The position numbers were made by a program, and so were the translations under genes. A stretch of 62,192 bases of DNA, counting the filler, from an uncultured Planctomycetales bacterium (GTDB taxonomy: Bacteria > Omnitrophota > Gorgyraeia > Gygaellales > Profunditerraquicolaceae), in the NCBI GenBank assembly GCA_964487475.1. It is 4 parts of 4 records of this genome, joined end to end, with 100 filler letters (N's around TTAATTAATTAA, not from the genome) between each part and the next. Parts side by side here need not be neighbours in the genome. Positions count along the whole stretch, not along the records: positions 13,901 to 26,186 come from CAZAPM010000012.1; positions 26,287 to 49,467 come from CAZAPM010000018.1; 2 more parts are not named here. The stretch is one strand, 5' to 3'. Under the pieces are notes generated by a model, which had not been told where the DNA came from, made no database searches, and worked only from the letters and a program-made list of their open reading frames with translations. Below, piece after piece: positions 19,416-28,624 of this stretch. Positions within the stretch are counted from its first letter, which is position 1. Each line of letters begins with the position of its first letter.

Positions 19416-21454
19416 TCCCCATGGACCAAAAAACCCTCTCTCCGAAAGAAAAATACATCCACCGGGACTTAAGCTGGCTGGCCTTTAACGGCCGGGTGCT
19501 GGAGGAGGCGTTGGACCAGGATAACCCCCTGCTGGAGCGATGCCGGTTCCTGGCGATCTTCTGCAACAATCTCGACGAGTTCTTCATGGTGCGGGTGGCG
19601 GGCTTAAAGCGCCTGATCGATTCCGGATACAATAAACCCGACGCCTTCGGGTACGACCCCCAGGAGCTTTATTCCGCGCTCAAGGAAAGGATCGTGGGAC
19701 TGGAGGCCACCCTTTCGGAAACCTACTCCTCGAAGATCCGCAAAGAGCTGGAGAAACAGAAGATCGTCTTCCTCAAAAGCGAGGAGCTCACTCCCGAGCA
19801 GAAGAAATTCTGCAATAAATATTTCGATACCAGCCTTTTTCCCATCATCACCCCCATGGCCGTGGACCAGGGGCACCCCTTTCCGGTGCTCCCCTCCCGG
19901 ACCATCGCCTTTGCGGTAAGCCTCACCCGCTACGAAAAGGCCTACCGGGCAGTGATACCCGTGCCTAAGCACATGCCCCGGCTGCTGCGGCTTCCCTCGG
20001 AAAAAGAGGAGACCCCCTTCATCCTGGCGGAAGATATCATCCGCATCTATCTGGAAGATTTTTTCAAGGGGTACAAAGTCGCCGGCGCCTTCCTTTTCCG
20101 GGTGGTGCGCGACAGCGAGCTTTCGGTGGACGAGGAGTTCACTTCGGACCTGCTCAAAGCCATCGAGACCGAGGTCAAAAAGAGGCCCAAAGCCAAGATC
20201 ACCCGGCTCGAGATCGAGCCCTCCTTTCCCAAGGAGATGCTGGAAACCCTCTGCCTGGACCTGGATTTCCCCCAGGAAGAGGCCACCGTCCAAAAAGGGG
20301 ATTTCGACCTGACCTACCTCTTCGAGCTCATCCCGCAGGCAGCCAAGCCCGCGCTCTGTTACCCGAGCATGACCCCGGCAAAGCTCTCTTACGAGAACAT
20401 ATTCGCCCGGATAAACGAAGGGGATTTCCTGCTGCACCTGCCCTTCCAGTCCTTCGAGCCGACCGTCGACCTGCTGCAGCAGGCTGCCCGGGACCCCGAC
20501 GTGCTGGGGATCAAGATGACCCTGTACCGGGCGGATGAGGATTCCCGCATCATCAAGGCCCTGAAAGAAGCGGCCAAGAACAAGAAACAGGTCACGGTGC
20601 TGGTGGAGATCAAGGCCCGGTTCGACGAAGAGAAGAACATCCTGCGGGCCAGAGAGCTCGAGGAAGCCGGATGCCACGTCATCTACGGGATGCCGGGGAT
20701 GAAGATCCACTCCAAGATGACCCTGGTGGTGCGCAAGGAGGAAGGCCGCATCCGCCGCTACGTCCACCTTTCCACCGGCAATTACAACGAGAACACCTCC
20801 CGGGTCTACACGGACCTCGGGTACTTTACCGCCAACGACGATTTCGCCAAGGATATCTCGGACGTGTTCAACGTCATCACCGGATACTCCATGCCCTCCC
20901 GCTGGAAACGCATCGTCTCCTCCCCGCACGACCTGCGCCAGTACTTCTTCGAGGCCATCGACCGGGAGATGGAAAACCACAAAAAGAACAAGAACGGCCT
21001 GGTCTTCGCCAAGATGAACTCCCTGGAAGACGTCCAGATGATCGAAAAGCTCTACGAAGCCTCGAACGCCGGGGTCAAGATCCGGCTGCTGGTGCGCGGG
21101 ATCTGCTGCCTCATCCCCGGGGTCAAGGACTTAAGCGAGAACATCAAGGTCAGGAGCATCGTGGGACGGTTCCTGGAACACTCCCGCATCTATCTTTTCA
21201 ACAACAACGGCTCCCCCCAGGTCTTCCTCTCCTCCGCGGACTGGATGACCCGCAACCTCGACCGCCGCATCGAGCTGCTCTTCGAAGTGTACAAGGACGA
21301 CCTTAAAGAGCATCTACGGCAGGTGATGGACATCTACTGGAAGGATACGGCCAAAGCCCGCCTCCTTTCCTCCGACAAGACCTACTCCAAGCCGAAGGAC
21401 CCGGAAGAGCTCAACAACGCGCAGGAGACCCTCATCCGGCTCTATACCGCATGA
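19412..21454 (+). CDS. ppk1: Polyphosphate kinase 1
   Basis: RDLSWLAFN, NLDEFFMVRVAGL, KARFDEE, KIHSK, STGNYN, RFLEHSR, SADWMTRN. Confidence 0.97.
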   Translation: MIPMDQKTLSPKEKYIHRDLSWLAFNGRVLEEALDQDNPLLERCRFLAIFCNNLDEFFMVRVAGLKRLIDSGYNKPDAFGYDPQELYSALKERIVGLEATLSETYSSKIRKELEKQKIVFLKSEELTPEQKKFCNKYFDTSLFPIITPMAVDQGHPFPVLPSRTIAFAVSLTRYEKAYRAVIPVPKHMPRLLRLPSEKEETPFILAEDIIRIYLEDFFKGYKVAGAFLFRVVRDSELSVDEEFTSDLLKAIETEVKKRPKAKITRLEIEPSFPKEMLETLCLDLDFPQEEATVQKGDFDLTYLFELIPQAAKPALCYPSMTPAKLSYENIFARINEGDFLLHLPFQSFEPTVDLLQQAARDPDVLGIKMTLYRADEDSRIIKALKEAAKNKKQVTVLVEIKARFDEEKNILRARELEEAGCHVIYGMPGMKIHSKMTLVVRKEEGRIRRYVHLSTGNYNENTSRVYTDLGYFTANDDFAKDISDVFNVITGYSMPSRWKRIVSSPHDLRQYFFEAIDREMENHKKNKNGLVFAKMNSLEDVQMIEKLYEASNAGVKIRLLVRGICCLIPGVKDLSENIKVRSIVGRFLEHSRIYLFNNNGSPQVFLSSADWMTRNLDRRIELLFEVYKDDLKEHLRQVMDIYWKDTAKARLLSSDKTYSKPKDPEELNNAQETLIRLYTA

Positions 21455-22341
21455 CCTCCCCTGCCGCCTCCTTACGCCTCGCCGCGCGCCGGGCGCTCTG
21501 CGCGCACCTGAAGGAACTCACCGGACAGAAAAAAGGGGTCCTGGAGGCAAAAGATGCGGAAAGGCTGCACCGGATGCGCGTGGCTTCCCGCCGCATGCGC
21601 ACCTGCCTGTGGCTCTTCAAAGGTCTCTTCCCGAAGAAAAAATACCGGACGCTCCAGAAGCAGATGCGCCGCCTGACCAGGATACTGGGCCGCGCCCGCG
21701 ACCTGGATACGCAGCTGATCTTCCTGCGCACCCTTCCCGAAAAACCGGAAGGCGTACGCATGCTCATCGCCGTGCGCCGGGAACAACGGCACGCCCTGCA
21801 AAAAGAGATCGCGGAGGCGGTGACCGAGGTACTGCACGCTGACCTGGTCAACCGGGCCTTATCCGCAGTGGGACGCGCTTCCCGCACCAAAAATGATCCC
21901 GTATCCCTCCTGGCCAAAAGGACCCGCCGCAGGCTTAAAGAGTTCCTGTCCTGGGATAAAGCAGGCAGCCGTATCGATACCTGCCGGGATACAAAAAAGC
22001 TGCATGCCCTGCGTATCGCCGCCAAACACCTGCGCTACAGCCTGGAACATCTCGAAGCCAACGCGAAAGGGGCGTTCTCGCCCTTCGTCCTGGAAGCGAA
22101 ACGGGTGCAGGACATACTCGGGGACGTGCAGAACCTTCAAGTGTGGCACGATTCCTCCCTGGCGCTGCGGCGCAAGCAGCCTCCGCGCTCAGTATACCTT
22201 TCCGGGCTGCAGGAGGTCATACGGGTATGCCTGCGCGACCGGGAAAAAGCCCTCAGGGATTTTGCCTTGCTTTGGAAGGACCAGCGGAAACGTAACGTAT
22301 GGAAAAAACTGAACGCGGCGCTCAAAACGCTGCAAAGATAG
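21451..22341 (+). CDS. CHAD domain protein (polyphosphate binding)
   Basis: LHRMRVASRRMR, LGRARDLD, LHALRIAAKHLRY, QDILGDVQN. Confidence 0.9.
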   Translation: MTSPAASLRLAARRALCAHLKELTGQKKGVLEAKDAERLHRMRVASRRMRTCLWLFKGLFPKKKYRTLQKQMRRLTRILGRARDLDTQLIFLRTLPEKPEGVRMLIAVRREQRHALQKEIAEAVTEVLHADLVNRALSAVGRASRTKNDPVSLLAKRTRRRLKEFLSWDKAGSRIDTCRDTKKLHALRIAAKHLRYSLEHLEANAKGAFSPFVLEAKRVQDILGDVQNLQVWHDSSLALRRKQPPRSVYLSGLQEVIRVCLRDREKALRDFALLWKDQRKRNVWKKLNAALKTLQR

Positions 22342-23075
22342 CCCCGGAGCGGCTGCGCATAGGGCTGCTCTCGGATATCCATGCCAACCTCCCGGCGCTG
22401 GAAGCGGTGCTGAGACATGCCGCACGCCACGGCTGCCAAGAGCTCTGGAACGCGGGGGACTCGACCGGATACAGCCCTTACCCCGAAGAAACGGTCTCCC
22501 TCCTTGAAAAGGCCGGGGTCATCTCCGTTTCCGGCAACTACGACCTGAAGGTACTGGATTTCCCGAAGCACCGATCCCGGTGGCGGAAAGAAAAACATCC
22601 GGCAAAATATTTTTCCTTTGCCTGGACCCACGCGCATCTTTCCTCCCGCGCAAAACGGGCGCTGGCAAAGCTTCCTGCCCGCCGCCTCCTGAAACGGCAG
22701 GGACTGGCCTTCTTCATCACCCACGGCACGGTCGATTCCAATGAAGAGGGACTGCACGAGGAAACCCCGGTGGCGCGGCTTAAGGAACTGGCCTCCCGGA
22801 TCAAGGCTGACGTGTTCATCAGCGGGCACTCGCACTACGCGTTCAGCCGCTCGGTGAAGCGCCAGGGCCGCCGGGTGCTCTTCGTGAACCCCGGCAGCGT
22901 GGGCCGGCCTCCGGAGGCGACACCACTTGCCTCATATGCCATACTGGAAATTTGCCGCGGCAGGATAAAGGTCCGCCGCTTCAGGGTAAGATACGATCCA
23001 AAGGGACTATTGCAGAGAATGGAACGGGAGAGATTCCCCCGGTACCTCAGGGACTCTGTGGTAGGAAACCGCTAA
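22299..23075 (+). CDS. Calcineurin-like metallophosphoesterase (YfcE-like)
   Basis: SDIHAN, AGD, GNYD, THG, GHSH, NPGSVG. Confidence 0.9.
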   Translation: MEKTERGAQNAAKIAPERLRIGLLSDIHANLPALEAVLRHAARHGCQELWNAGDSTGYSPYPEETVSLLEKAGVISVSGNYDLKVLDFPKHRSRWRKEKHPAKYFSFAWTHAHLSSRAKRALAKLPARRLLKRQGLAFFITHGTVDSNEEGLHEETPVARLKELASRIKADVFISGHSHYAFSRSVKRQGRRVLFVNPGSVGRPPEATPLASYAILEICRGRIKVRRFRVRYDPKGLLQRMERERFPRYLRDSVVGNR

Positions 23076-24025
23076 AAACACATCGCCGCCGCGCCTAACA
23101 TCACGGCGTCATCCTCGAGCTCGGCCAGCACGATCCGGCACTTTCCGAATCTGTTGAAGAAGGGGTCCTTTTCCACCTCGGCCGAGATCCAGGGAAGCAT
23201 ATATTTGCCGCACGCCTCCATCACCCCTCCTCCGAGCACGATCACTTCCGGGTCGAGAATATGCCGTAACGATACGCATCCGGCGGCTATGGCGCGGGCG
23301 GCATCATGCATCACCTCGGTCACCAGCGGGTCATGCTTCTCCAACGCCTGCTTTAAAGCCTTGCTCTTGATAGGGCGCCCCCGGCCGGAGATCTTCTCGA
23401 TCGCCGAAGCCCTTCCCTCCTGCATGGCTTTGCGGATACGCCGCTCGATGGCCCATCTTCCGGCGAACGCTTCCAGGCACCCCTTGTTGCCGCAGGAACA
23501 CTTCGGGCCTTCCCGCTCGAGGGGGATATGCCCGATCTCCGCTGCCGCGCCGTGCGCGCCCAGCATGAGCGTGCCGGAGGTCACGATGCCGCCGCCGACT
23601 CCCGTGCCGCAAAAGATACCCACAACCTCACGGCATCCCCTGGCAGCCCCGAAAAGCCGCTCGGCGACGGTGCCTACGTTGGCATCGTTACCGATCTTCA
23701 CCGGAATTTTAAGCCTGTTTCGCAGAAGCGCCGCAAGCGGAGAACGCACCAGGCCGAGATTCGGAGTGTTGAGCACGGTGCCGGTGGCGTGGTTCACCAG
23801 CCCGGGGACCCCGACTCCTATACCTTTGATCTGCCGTCGCGGGACTTTCGCTTCCTTAAGCAAGGTGTTGACCAGCTGCAGGAGGCAATACACCATGCGG
23901 GATGAGGTGGGATCTTTCGGTGCGGGTATCTTGACGCGCTCCTTGACCTTGCCCTTAGGGGTAATCAGCCCCGCGGAGATCTTGGTGCCGCCGATATCTA
24001 TTCCGATATAATACGATTTTGCCAT
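23072..24025 (-). CDS. ROK family sugar kinase (glucokinase-like)
   Basis: IDIGGTK, NDAN, GTGVGGG, EIGH, CSCGNKGCLE. Confidence 0.9.
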   Translation of the reverse strand: MAKSYYIGIDIGGTKISAGLITPKGKVKERVKIPAPKDPTSSRMVYCLLQLVNTLLKEAKVPRRQIKGIGVGVPGLVNHATGTVLNTPNLGLVRSPLAALLRNRLKIPVKIGNDANVGTVAERLFGAARGCREVVGIFCGTGVGGGIVTSGTLMLGAHGAAAEIGHIPLEREGPKCSCGNKGCLEAFAGRWAIERRIRKAMQEGRASAIEKISGRGRPIKSKALKQALEKHDPLVTEVMHDAARAIAAGCVSLRHILDPEVIVLGGGVMEACGKYMLPWISAEVEKDPFFNRFGKCRIVLAELEDDAVMLGAAAMCF

Positions 24026-24049
24026 TAGCCGTATTATACCATAGGCGCA

Positions 24050-24727
24050 TTATAATCCGTTAGAGAGTTTTTCCGGATGGTGTTTGATGACCTTCGCCTG
24101 AACCATGTACACCACATCCTCCGCGATGTTGGTCGAATGGTCGCAGATACGCTCAAGATACCGCGCGATAAGCAGCAGCGGCACGGCACGGGACGCGGTA
24201 GAAGCGTCCTTCGCCATATAATCGTTGATCAGTTCGTCCTGGATGAGATTGCGCAACGCATCAGCCTGCGCGTCCTCCAGCACCACTTTCTTCGCCAGCC
24301 CGACATCCTTGTTCACGAAGGCATCGATGGCTTCCTTGACCATGGACTGGGCCACTTCCGAAAGTTTAGGGATATCGATCAAAGGTTTGAGCAAAGGCTT
24401 ATCCGCCAGTTCCAGCACCCGCTGCGCGATATCCACCGCCAGATCTGCGATGCGCTCCAGCTCGGCGTTCACCTTCATTCCCGTGGCCAGAAAACGCAGG
24501 TCCCCGGCCATGGGCTGATGCCGGGCGATCAGATCGATGCAACGCTCGTCGATCCCCAGCTCGGCCTCGTCGATCAGGGTATCCGCCTCGATCACCTCCC
24601 TGGCCTTGGCGGCGTCCCGGTGCTTCAGCGCCTCCACGGACTTGAAGATCGCCTCCTGGGTCAGCATCGCCATACGCAGGATCTCCTGCTGCAGCCATTT
24701 CAGTTCTTCGTCAAAGTGCCTTTCCAT
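24050..24727 (-). CDS. phoU: Phosphate signalling protein PhoU
   Basis: QPMAGDLR, ELERIAD, LERICDHSTNIAEDV. Confidence 0.96.
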   Translation of the reverse strand: MERHFDEELKWLQQEILRMAMLTQEAIFKSVEALKHRDAAKAREVIEADTLIDEAELGIDERCIDLIARHQPMAGDLRFLATGMKVNAELERIADLAVDIAQRVLELADKPLLKPLIDIPKLSEVAQSMVKEAIDAFVNKDVGLAKKVVLEDAQADALRNLIQDELINDYMAKDASTASRAVPLLLIARYLERICDHSTNIAEDVVYMVQAKVIKHHPEKLSNGL

Positions 24728-24737
24728 ATCCTGCCTC

Positions 24738-25493
24738 CTATCCGTACCTTCCGGTGATATATTCTTCCGTGCGTTTATCCTTGGGGCTGGTGAACACCTG
24801 ATCGGTGTTCCCGAACTCGACCAGCTCGCCCAAGAGCATGAATCCGGTGTCCTGTGAAATCCTTGCCGCCTGCTGCATATTGTGCGTCACGATAATAATG
24901 GTATAGTGCTTCATCAGTTCGCGCATCAGTTCTTCGATACGCTGCGTGGACTGCGGGTCCAGCGCCGAACACGGTTCGTCCATCAGCAGGACCTGCGGCT
25001 TGACCGCGAGCAGGCGCGCGATGCACAGGCGCTGCTTCTGTTCCAACGAGAGGGAAAGCGCGGGTTTATTCAGGCTGTCCTTGAGCGCATCCCAAAGCAA
25101 TACCGACCGCAGGCTTTCCTCTACCGCCGCACCCACCGCATCGCGGCCGGAAGCTTCTCCGTGTACCTTCAGGCCGAACGCGATATTCTCGTATACCGAC
25201 AGGGGGAACGGATTCGGGCGCTGAAACACCATCCCCACCTTCTTGCGCAGCCCCACCAGATCGGTGCCGGGAGCGATGATATTCTCCCCGTCGATACGCA
25301 CCTCTCCCGTCATGCGCACCCCCTCCACCAGGTCGTTCATGCGGTTAAGCACCCGCAGCAGGGTCGACTTCCCGCATCCCGAAGGCCCGATGATCGCGGT
25401 GATCCGTTTCTCCTCGATGGAGACCGATACCTCCTTCAAAGCCTGAAATCCGCCGTACCAAAGATTAAGCGCTGCGATATCGACTTTTGCCAT
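24738..25493 (-). CDS. pstB: Phosphate ABC transporter ATPase with degenerate signature (LSLEQ)
   Basis: [40 protein letters not shown]. Confidence 0.93.
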   Translation of the reverse strand: MAKVDIAALNLWYGGFQALKEVSVSIEEKRITAIIGPSGCGKSTLLRVLNRMNDLVEGVRMTGEVRIDGENIIAPGTDLVGLRKKVGMVFQRPNPFPLSVYENIAFGLKVHGEASGRDAVGAAVEESLRSVLLWDALKDSLNKPALSLSLEQKQRLCIARLLAVKPQVLLMDEPCSALDPQSTQRIEELMRELMKHYTIIIVTHNMQQAARISQDTGFMLLGELVEFGNTDQVFTSPKDKRTEEYITGRYG

Positions 25494-25499
25494 ATGCGT

Positions 25500-26186
25500 T
25501 TATCCGAACTTGCCCTGAATGTAATCCGCGGTGCGCTGATCGCCCGGAGCGGTAAAAATACCCTCTGTCCTGCCCAGTTCCACCATCTCCCCCATCAGGA
25601 AGAATGCGGTCTTATCCCCCACTCTCGCCGCCTGCTTGACATTATTGGTCACCAGCACCTGGGTATACCGCGACTTAAGCTTCACCATTGCCTCTTCCAC
25701 CTTGGCCGTCGAAATAGGGTCAAGGCCGGAACAAGGCTCGTCATAGAGTATCACGTCGGGCTCCACCGCCAGGGTCCGGGCGATACAAAGCCTCTGCTGC
25801 TGGCCTCCGGAGAGCTTGAACGCGGAAGCGGCAAGGCGGTCCTTGACCTCCTCCCAGAGATACGCCTGGGTCAACCCCCGCTCTACGGCCTCGGAGATAC
25901 GGCGGACGTTCTTTTCCCCCTGCATGCGCACCCCGTACGCGACATTCTCGAATATGGAAAGGGGTAGCGGCGCAGGGAGCGCAAAGACCATGCCGACCTT
26001 GCGGCGGACCTCTTCCACATCCCGGCGCAGGAGGTCCGCTCCCGCCCACTCCACCCGGCCTTGCATACGGCACGCGGGATGAAGCTCGTTCAGACGGTTG
26101 AGAGTGCGCAGGAACGTGGTCTTTCCGCTGTTGGACGGGCCGATGATACTCAGGATCTCGTGCGTATGGATCTGCAGCCCGACGCG
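25500..26186 (-). CDS. pstB: Second phosphate ABC transporter ATPase, 5' end cut by the contig end; degenerate Q- and H-loops
   Basis: Frame is open to the gap; GPSNSGKTT, VFALP, LSGGQQQRL, LYDEP, VTNN, YIQGKFG. Confidence 0.88.
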   Translation of the reverse strand, partial: RVGLQIHTHEILSIIGPSNSGKTTFLRTLNRLNELHPACRMQGRVEWAGADLLRRDVEEVRRKVGMVFALPAPLPLSIFENVAYGVRMQGEKNVRRISEAVERGLTQAYLWEEVKDRLAASAFKLSGGQQQRLCIARTLAVEPDVILYDEPCSGLDPISTAKVEEAMVKLKSRYTQVLVTNNVKQAARVGDKTAFFLMGEMVELGRTEGIFTAPGDQRTADYIQGKFG

Positions 26187-26286
26187 NNNNNNNNNNNNNN
26201 NNNNNNNNNNNNNNNNNNNNNNNNNNNNNNTTAATTAATTAANNNNNNNNNNNNNNNNNNNNNNNNNNNNNNNNNNNNNNNNNNNN
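26187..26286. other. Artificial contig linker
   Basis: N44-TTAATTAATTAA-N44. Confidence 0.97.
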
Positions 26287-26287
26287 C

Positions 26288-26374
26288 ATCGACCGGGTCG
26301 GCACGACCTTTGACGAGTACCTGGAGAACGACGAGATCACCAGCCAGCGGCATCTCCTGTATTCCCGGGAGTAG
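26288..26374 (+). CDS. Probable 3' end of an unidentified gene ([28 protein letters not shown])
   Basis: Open frame from the contig start with GC3-rich codons; stops 10 nt before arsC. Confidence 0.4.
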   Translation: MDRVGTTFDEYLENDEITSQRHLLYSRE

Positions 26375-26384
26375 CGGAGAGGCT

Positions 26385-26810
26385 ATGGAGAAGAAAAGAG
26401 TCCTGTTCGTTTGTGTGCATAATTCCGCCCGCAGCCAGATGGCGGAAGCGTTCCTGAAACAGCTGGCGCCCGAGAGGTTCGAGGCGGAGAGCGCCGGCCT
26501 CGAGCCGGGCACGCTCAATCCCGTGGTGGTGGAGGCGATGATGGAAGAGGGCATCGATATTTCGGGGAATAAGACCAAGAGCGTATTCGACCTCTACCGT
26601 CAGAGGAAACGGTACGACTACGTCATTACCGTATGCGACGAGTCCCAGTCCGGAAAATGTCCGGTGTTCCCGGGCGCCGGCGCACGGCTGCATTGGGGTT
26701 TCGATGATCCGTCGGGATTTCGGGGGAGCCCGGAGGAGCGCCTGGCCCGGACCAAAGAGGTCAGGGACAGGATACGGGAAAGGGTCGCAGCGTGGATCTC
26801 CGTAAAGTAG
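26385..26810 (+). CDS. arsC: Arsenate reductase, thioredoxin-type (LMW-PTP fold)
   Basis: [32 protein letters not shown]. Confidence 0.9.
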   Translation: MEKKRVLFVCVHNSARSQMAEAFLKQLAPERFEAESAGLEPGTLNPVVVEAMMEEGIDISGNKTKSVFDLYRQRKRYDYVITVCDESQSGKCPVFPGAGARLHWGFDDPSGFRGSPEERLARTKEVRDRIRERVAAWISVK

Positions 26811-26896
26811 CCGATTTTCATTGCTAATCTTGCGAATTGGACTATAATAAGGAACTGTAACCGGTGAATGGTCGGCAAAGGTAAAAGGAGAATATC

Positions 26897-27037
26897 TTGG
26901 CCAGAGAGAATTATTCGTTCAAGAAGTACCAGAAGGAATTAGCGCAGAAGAAGAAACGGGAAGAGAAGTTGAAGCACAAGCTGGCCAAAAAGAATGCGCA
27001 GGCCGGCGTAGTCCCGGAACAGGAAGTAACTAACTAA
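26897..27037 (+). CDS. Small Lys-rich protein, 46 aa (MARENYSFKKYQKELAQKKKREEKLKHKL...)
   Basis: AAGGAG RBS with TTG start; TTGCTA...TATAAT promoter at about 26821-26848; absent from the ORF track. Confidence 0.7.
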   Translation: MARENYSFKKYQKELAQKKKREEKLKHKLAKKNAQAGVVPEQEVTN

Positions 27038-27048
27038 AGGGGGGTAGC

Positions 27049-27219
27049 ATGGGGTATCAAGGCGGCGGCGGTGGCGGCGGTTTCGGAGGTCCTCGTGAAA
27101 TGCATAAGGCGACCTGCTCGGAGTGCAAGAAGGAATGCGAAGTTCCCTTCAAGCCCAGAGAAGACCGTCCTATCTACTGCAAGGACTGCTATTCCAAGCG
27201 CAAGAACGAGGGTCGTTAA
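27049..27219 (+). CDS. CxxC-x17-CxxC zinc-ribbon protein, 56 aa
   Basis: REMHKATCSECKKECEVPFKPREDRPIYCKDCY with a Gly-rich N-terminus; AAGGGGGG RBS. Confidence 0.88.
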   Translation: MGYQGGGGGGGFGGPREMHKATCSECKKECEVPFKPREDRPIYCKDCYSKRKNEGR

Positions 27220-27228
27220 AAAGAACCC

Positions 27229-27256
27229 TTGACAAAGTAAAAAAAAGTGATACAAT
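27229..27256 (+). promoter_or_regulatory. sigma70 promoter of cold-shock gene 1
   Basis: TTGACA-16 bp-TACAAT with a TG extension. Confidence 0.75.
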
Positions 27257-27269
27257 AAGGTTGTAGTAA

Positions 27270-27325
27270 AAAGATTAGAAATCTTAGGCCGCAAGGGTTA
27301 GGAAATTTAACCTTGCGGTTTTTTT
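27270..27325 (+). promoter_or_regulatory. Conserved leader motif with terminator-like hairpin, copy 1
   Basis: AAAGATTAGAAATC, then CCGCAAGG..AACCTTGCGG, then T7; matches the leader at 36977-37041. Confidence 0.7.
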
Positions 27326-27374
27326 CGTTTCTGAATAGTTTTACTATAAATCTTAGAAGAAGGAGGTAATACAC

Positions 27375-27575
27375 ATGGTAAAAGGTTCAGTCAAGTGGTT
27401 CAGTGACCAGAAGGGTTATGGGTTTATCACCCCCGAGAACGGAAAGGATGTATTCGTACATCATTCTTCGATCCAGGGAGAAGGTTATAAGTCCTTAGCT
27501 GAAGGCCAGCAGGTCGAATTCGAGATCGAGCAGGGCCCGAAAGGCGAGCAGGCGACAAACGTCGTCAAGCTGTAA
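27375..27575 (+). CDS. cspA: Cold-shock protein
   Basis: VKWF, KGYGFI (RNP1), DVFVHH (RNP2), GPKG. Confidence 0.96.
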   Translation: MVKGSVKWFSDQKGYGFITPENGKDVFVHHSSIQGEGYKSLAEGQQVEFEIEQGPKGEQATNVVKL

Positions 27576-27587
27576 CCTGAAAAGCTG

Positions 27588-27627
27588 AATAGGGCTCGGC
27601 GTGGTGAATGCCGGGCCCTATTTTTTT
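27588..27627 (+). terminator. Intrinsic terminator after cspA
   Basis: TAGGGCTCGGC / GCCGGGCCCTA stem followed by T7. Confidence 0.8.
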
Positions 27628-27654
27628 CAGTTCCGGGTAAAACGAGAGGTTCCC

Positions 27655-27801
27655 ATGAAAAGCTGTATGCGGTGCGGACAGAAGATGTCACACAATTACC
27701 TGGTGGCGATATTCGCCATGATCAACGAGAAGGTCAAGCGGATGATCGTCTGTTTCAAGTGCAAAGAGATACTGGCGAAGAAAGATAACAACCCCGCGTA
27801 G
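27655..27801 (+). CDS. Small CxxC...CxxC zinc-binding protein, 48 aa
   Basis: MKSCMRC...CFKC; GAGAGG RBS. Confidence 0.6.
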   Translation: MKSCMRCGQKMSHNYLVAIFAMINEKVKRMIVCFKCKEILAKKDNNPA

Positions 27802-27823
27802 CGACAATACACGGAGAGACAAG

Positions 27824-28174
27824 GTGGAAAAGAAGACCATTGATTGCGGGAAGTGCAGCGAGCAGAAGGCATGCTGCAGTTTTGGGGCATGGGTGGACCT
27901 GGAGGAAGCCAAGAAGATCGTCGCCCGCGGGATCAAAGGCGATTTCTTCCAATTGGAGAAGGACGAGACCTTTCCTTCCGGTTTCAAGATCGGGACCAGC
28001 TATGAGGATGAGAAGTGTTCATTCCTGACCCTGGAAGGGTTATGTGCCATACATAAGGTCGATTATGATCTCAAGCCTTTCCATTGCCGGGAATTCCCTT
28101 ATGAAGACGGCAAATTGTCCCCGCTGGTGGAAGTGCTCTGTCCCCTGGCGAAACCCGATACTCATACGAAGTAA
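27824..28174 (+). CDS. YkgJ family (CxxCxxCC) Zn/Fe-chelating protein
   Basis: CGKC..ACC, CSFL..LCAIH..KPFHCREFP. Confidence 0.85.
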   Translation: MEKKTIDCGKCSEQKACCSFGAWVDLEEAKKIVARGIKGDFFQLEKDETFPSGFKIGTSYEDEKCSFLTLEGLCAIHKVDYDLKPFHCREFPYEDGKLSPLVEVLCPLAKPDTHTK

Positions 28175-28186
28175 CCCGGCTGAACG

Positions 28187-28624
28187 ATGAATATCTTTGT
28201 GGGGAATCTGTCCTATGATGCCGGAGAGAAGGACCTGATCGGTCTTTTTGCGGCGTTCGGAGAGGTGGAGTCCGCCGCGATCATGGTCCGCCGGGACCGT
28301 GACGCCATCTCTTCTCGGGGATTCGGTTTTGTCCGGATGCCTGACGAATCGCAGGCGCAGGCGGCGGTAGCCGCCCTTAACGGGCAGGAGTTCATGGGCC
28401 GGGCACTGGTGGTCAACCCGGCCAGGCCCGGCGCAGAGGAGCTGGTAGAGCGGACCTTCCGGGATAAGCGGCAACCGGGCCCCATCCTTAACAGCCCGGG
28501 GAAGTACCGCGGAGGCAGGCGCACCAGGAGCTTTCTGCGCAAGCAGGGGATCGAACCGGTGCCGGCAGAGGCCCATCCCCGCAGAAAAAGCCGGATCAAG
28601 CCTCCCGGCGGATCAAGGCGATGA
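28187..28624 (+). CDS. RRM (RNP-1) RNA-binding protein with basic tail
   Basis: IFVGNLS, SRGFGFVRM, LNG..GRALVVNPARP. Confidence 0.92.
   Translation: MNIFVGNLSYDAGEKDLIGLFAAFGEVESAAIMVRRDRDAISSRGFGFVRMPDESQAQAAVAALNGQEFMGRALVVNPARPGAEELVERTFRDKRQPGPILNSPGKYRGGRRTRSFLRKQGIEPVPAEAHPRRKSRIKPPGGSRR

Noticed and set aside
23072..24025. ROK gene as polyphosphate glucokinase because of its context
   Set aside because: It keeps the CxCGxxGCxE zinc motif of ordinary ROK kinases; the phosphoryl donor cannot be read from sequence
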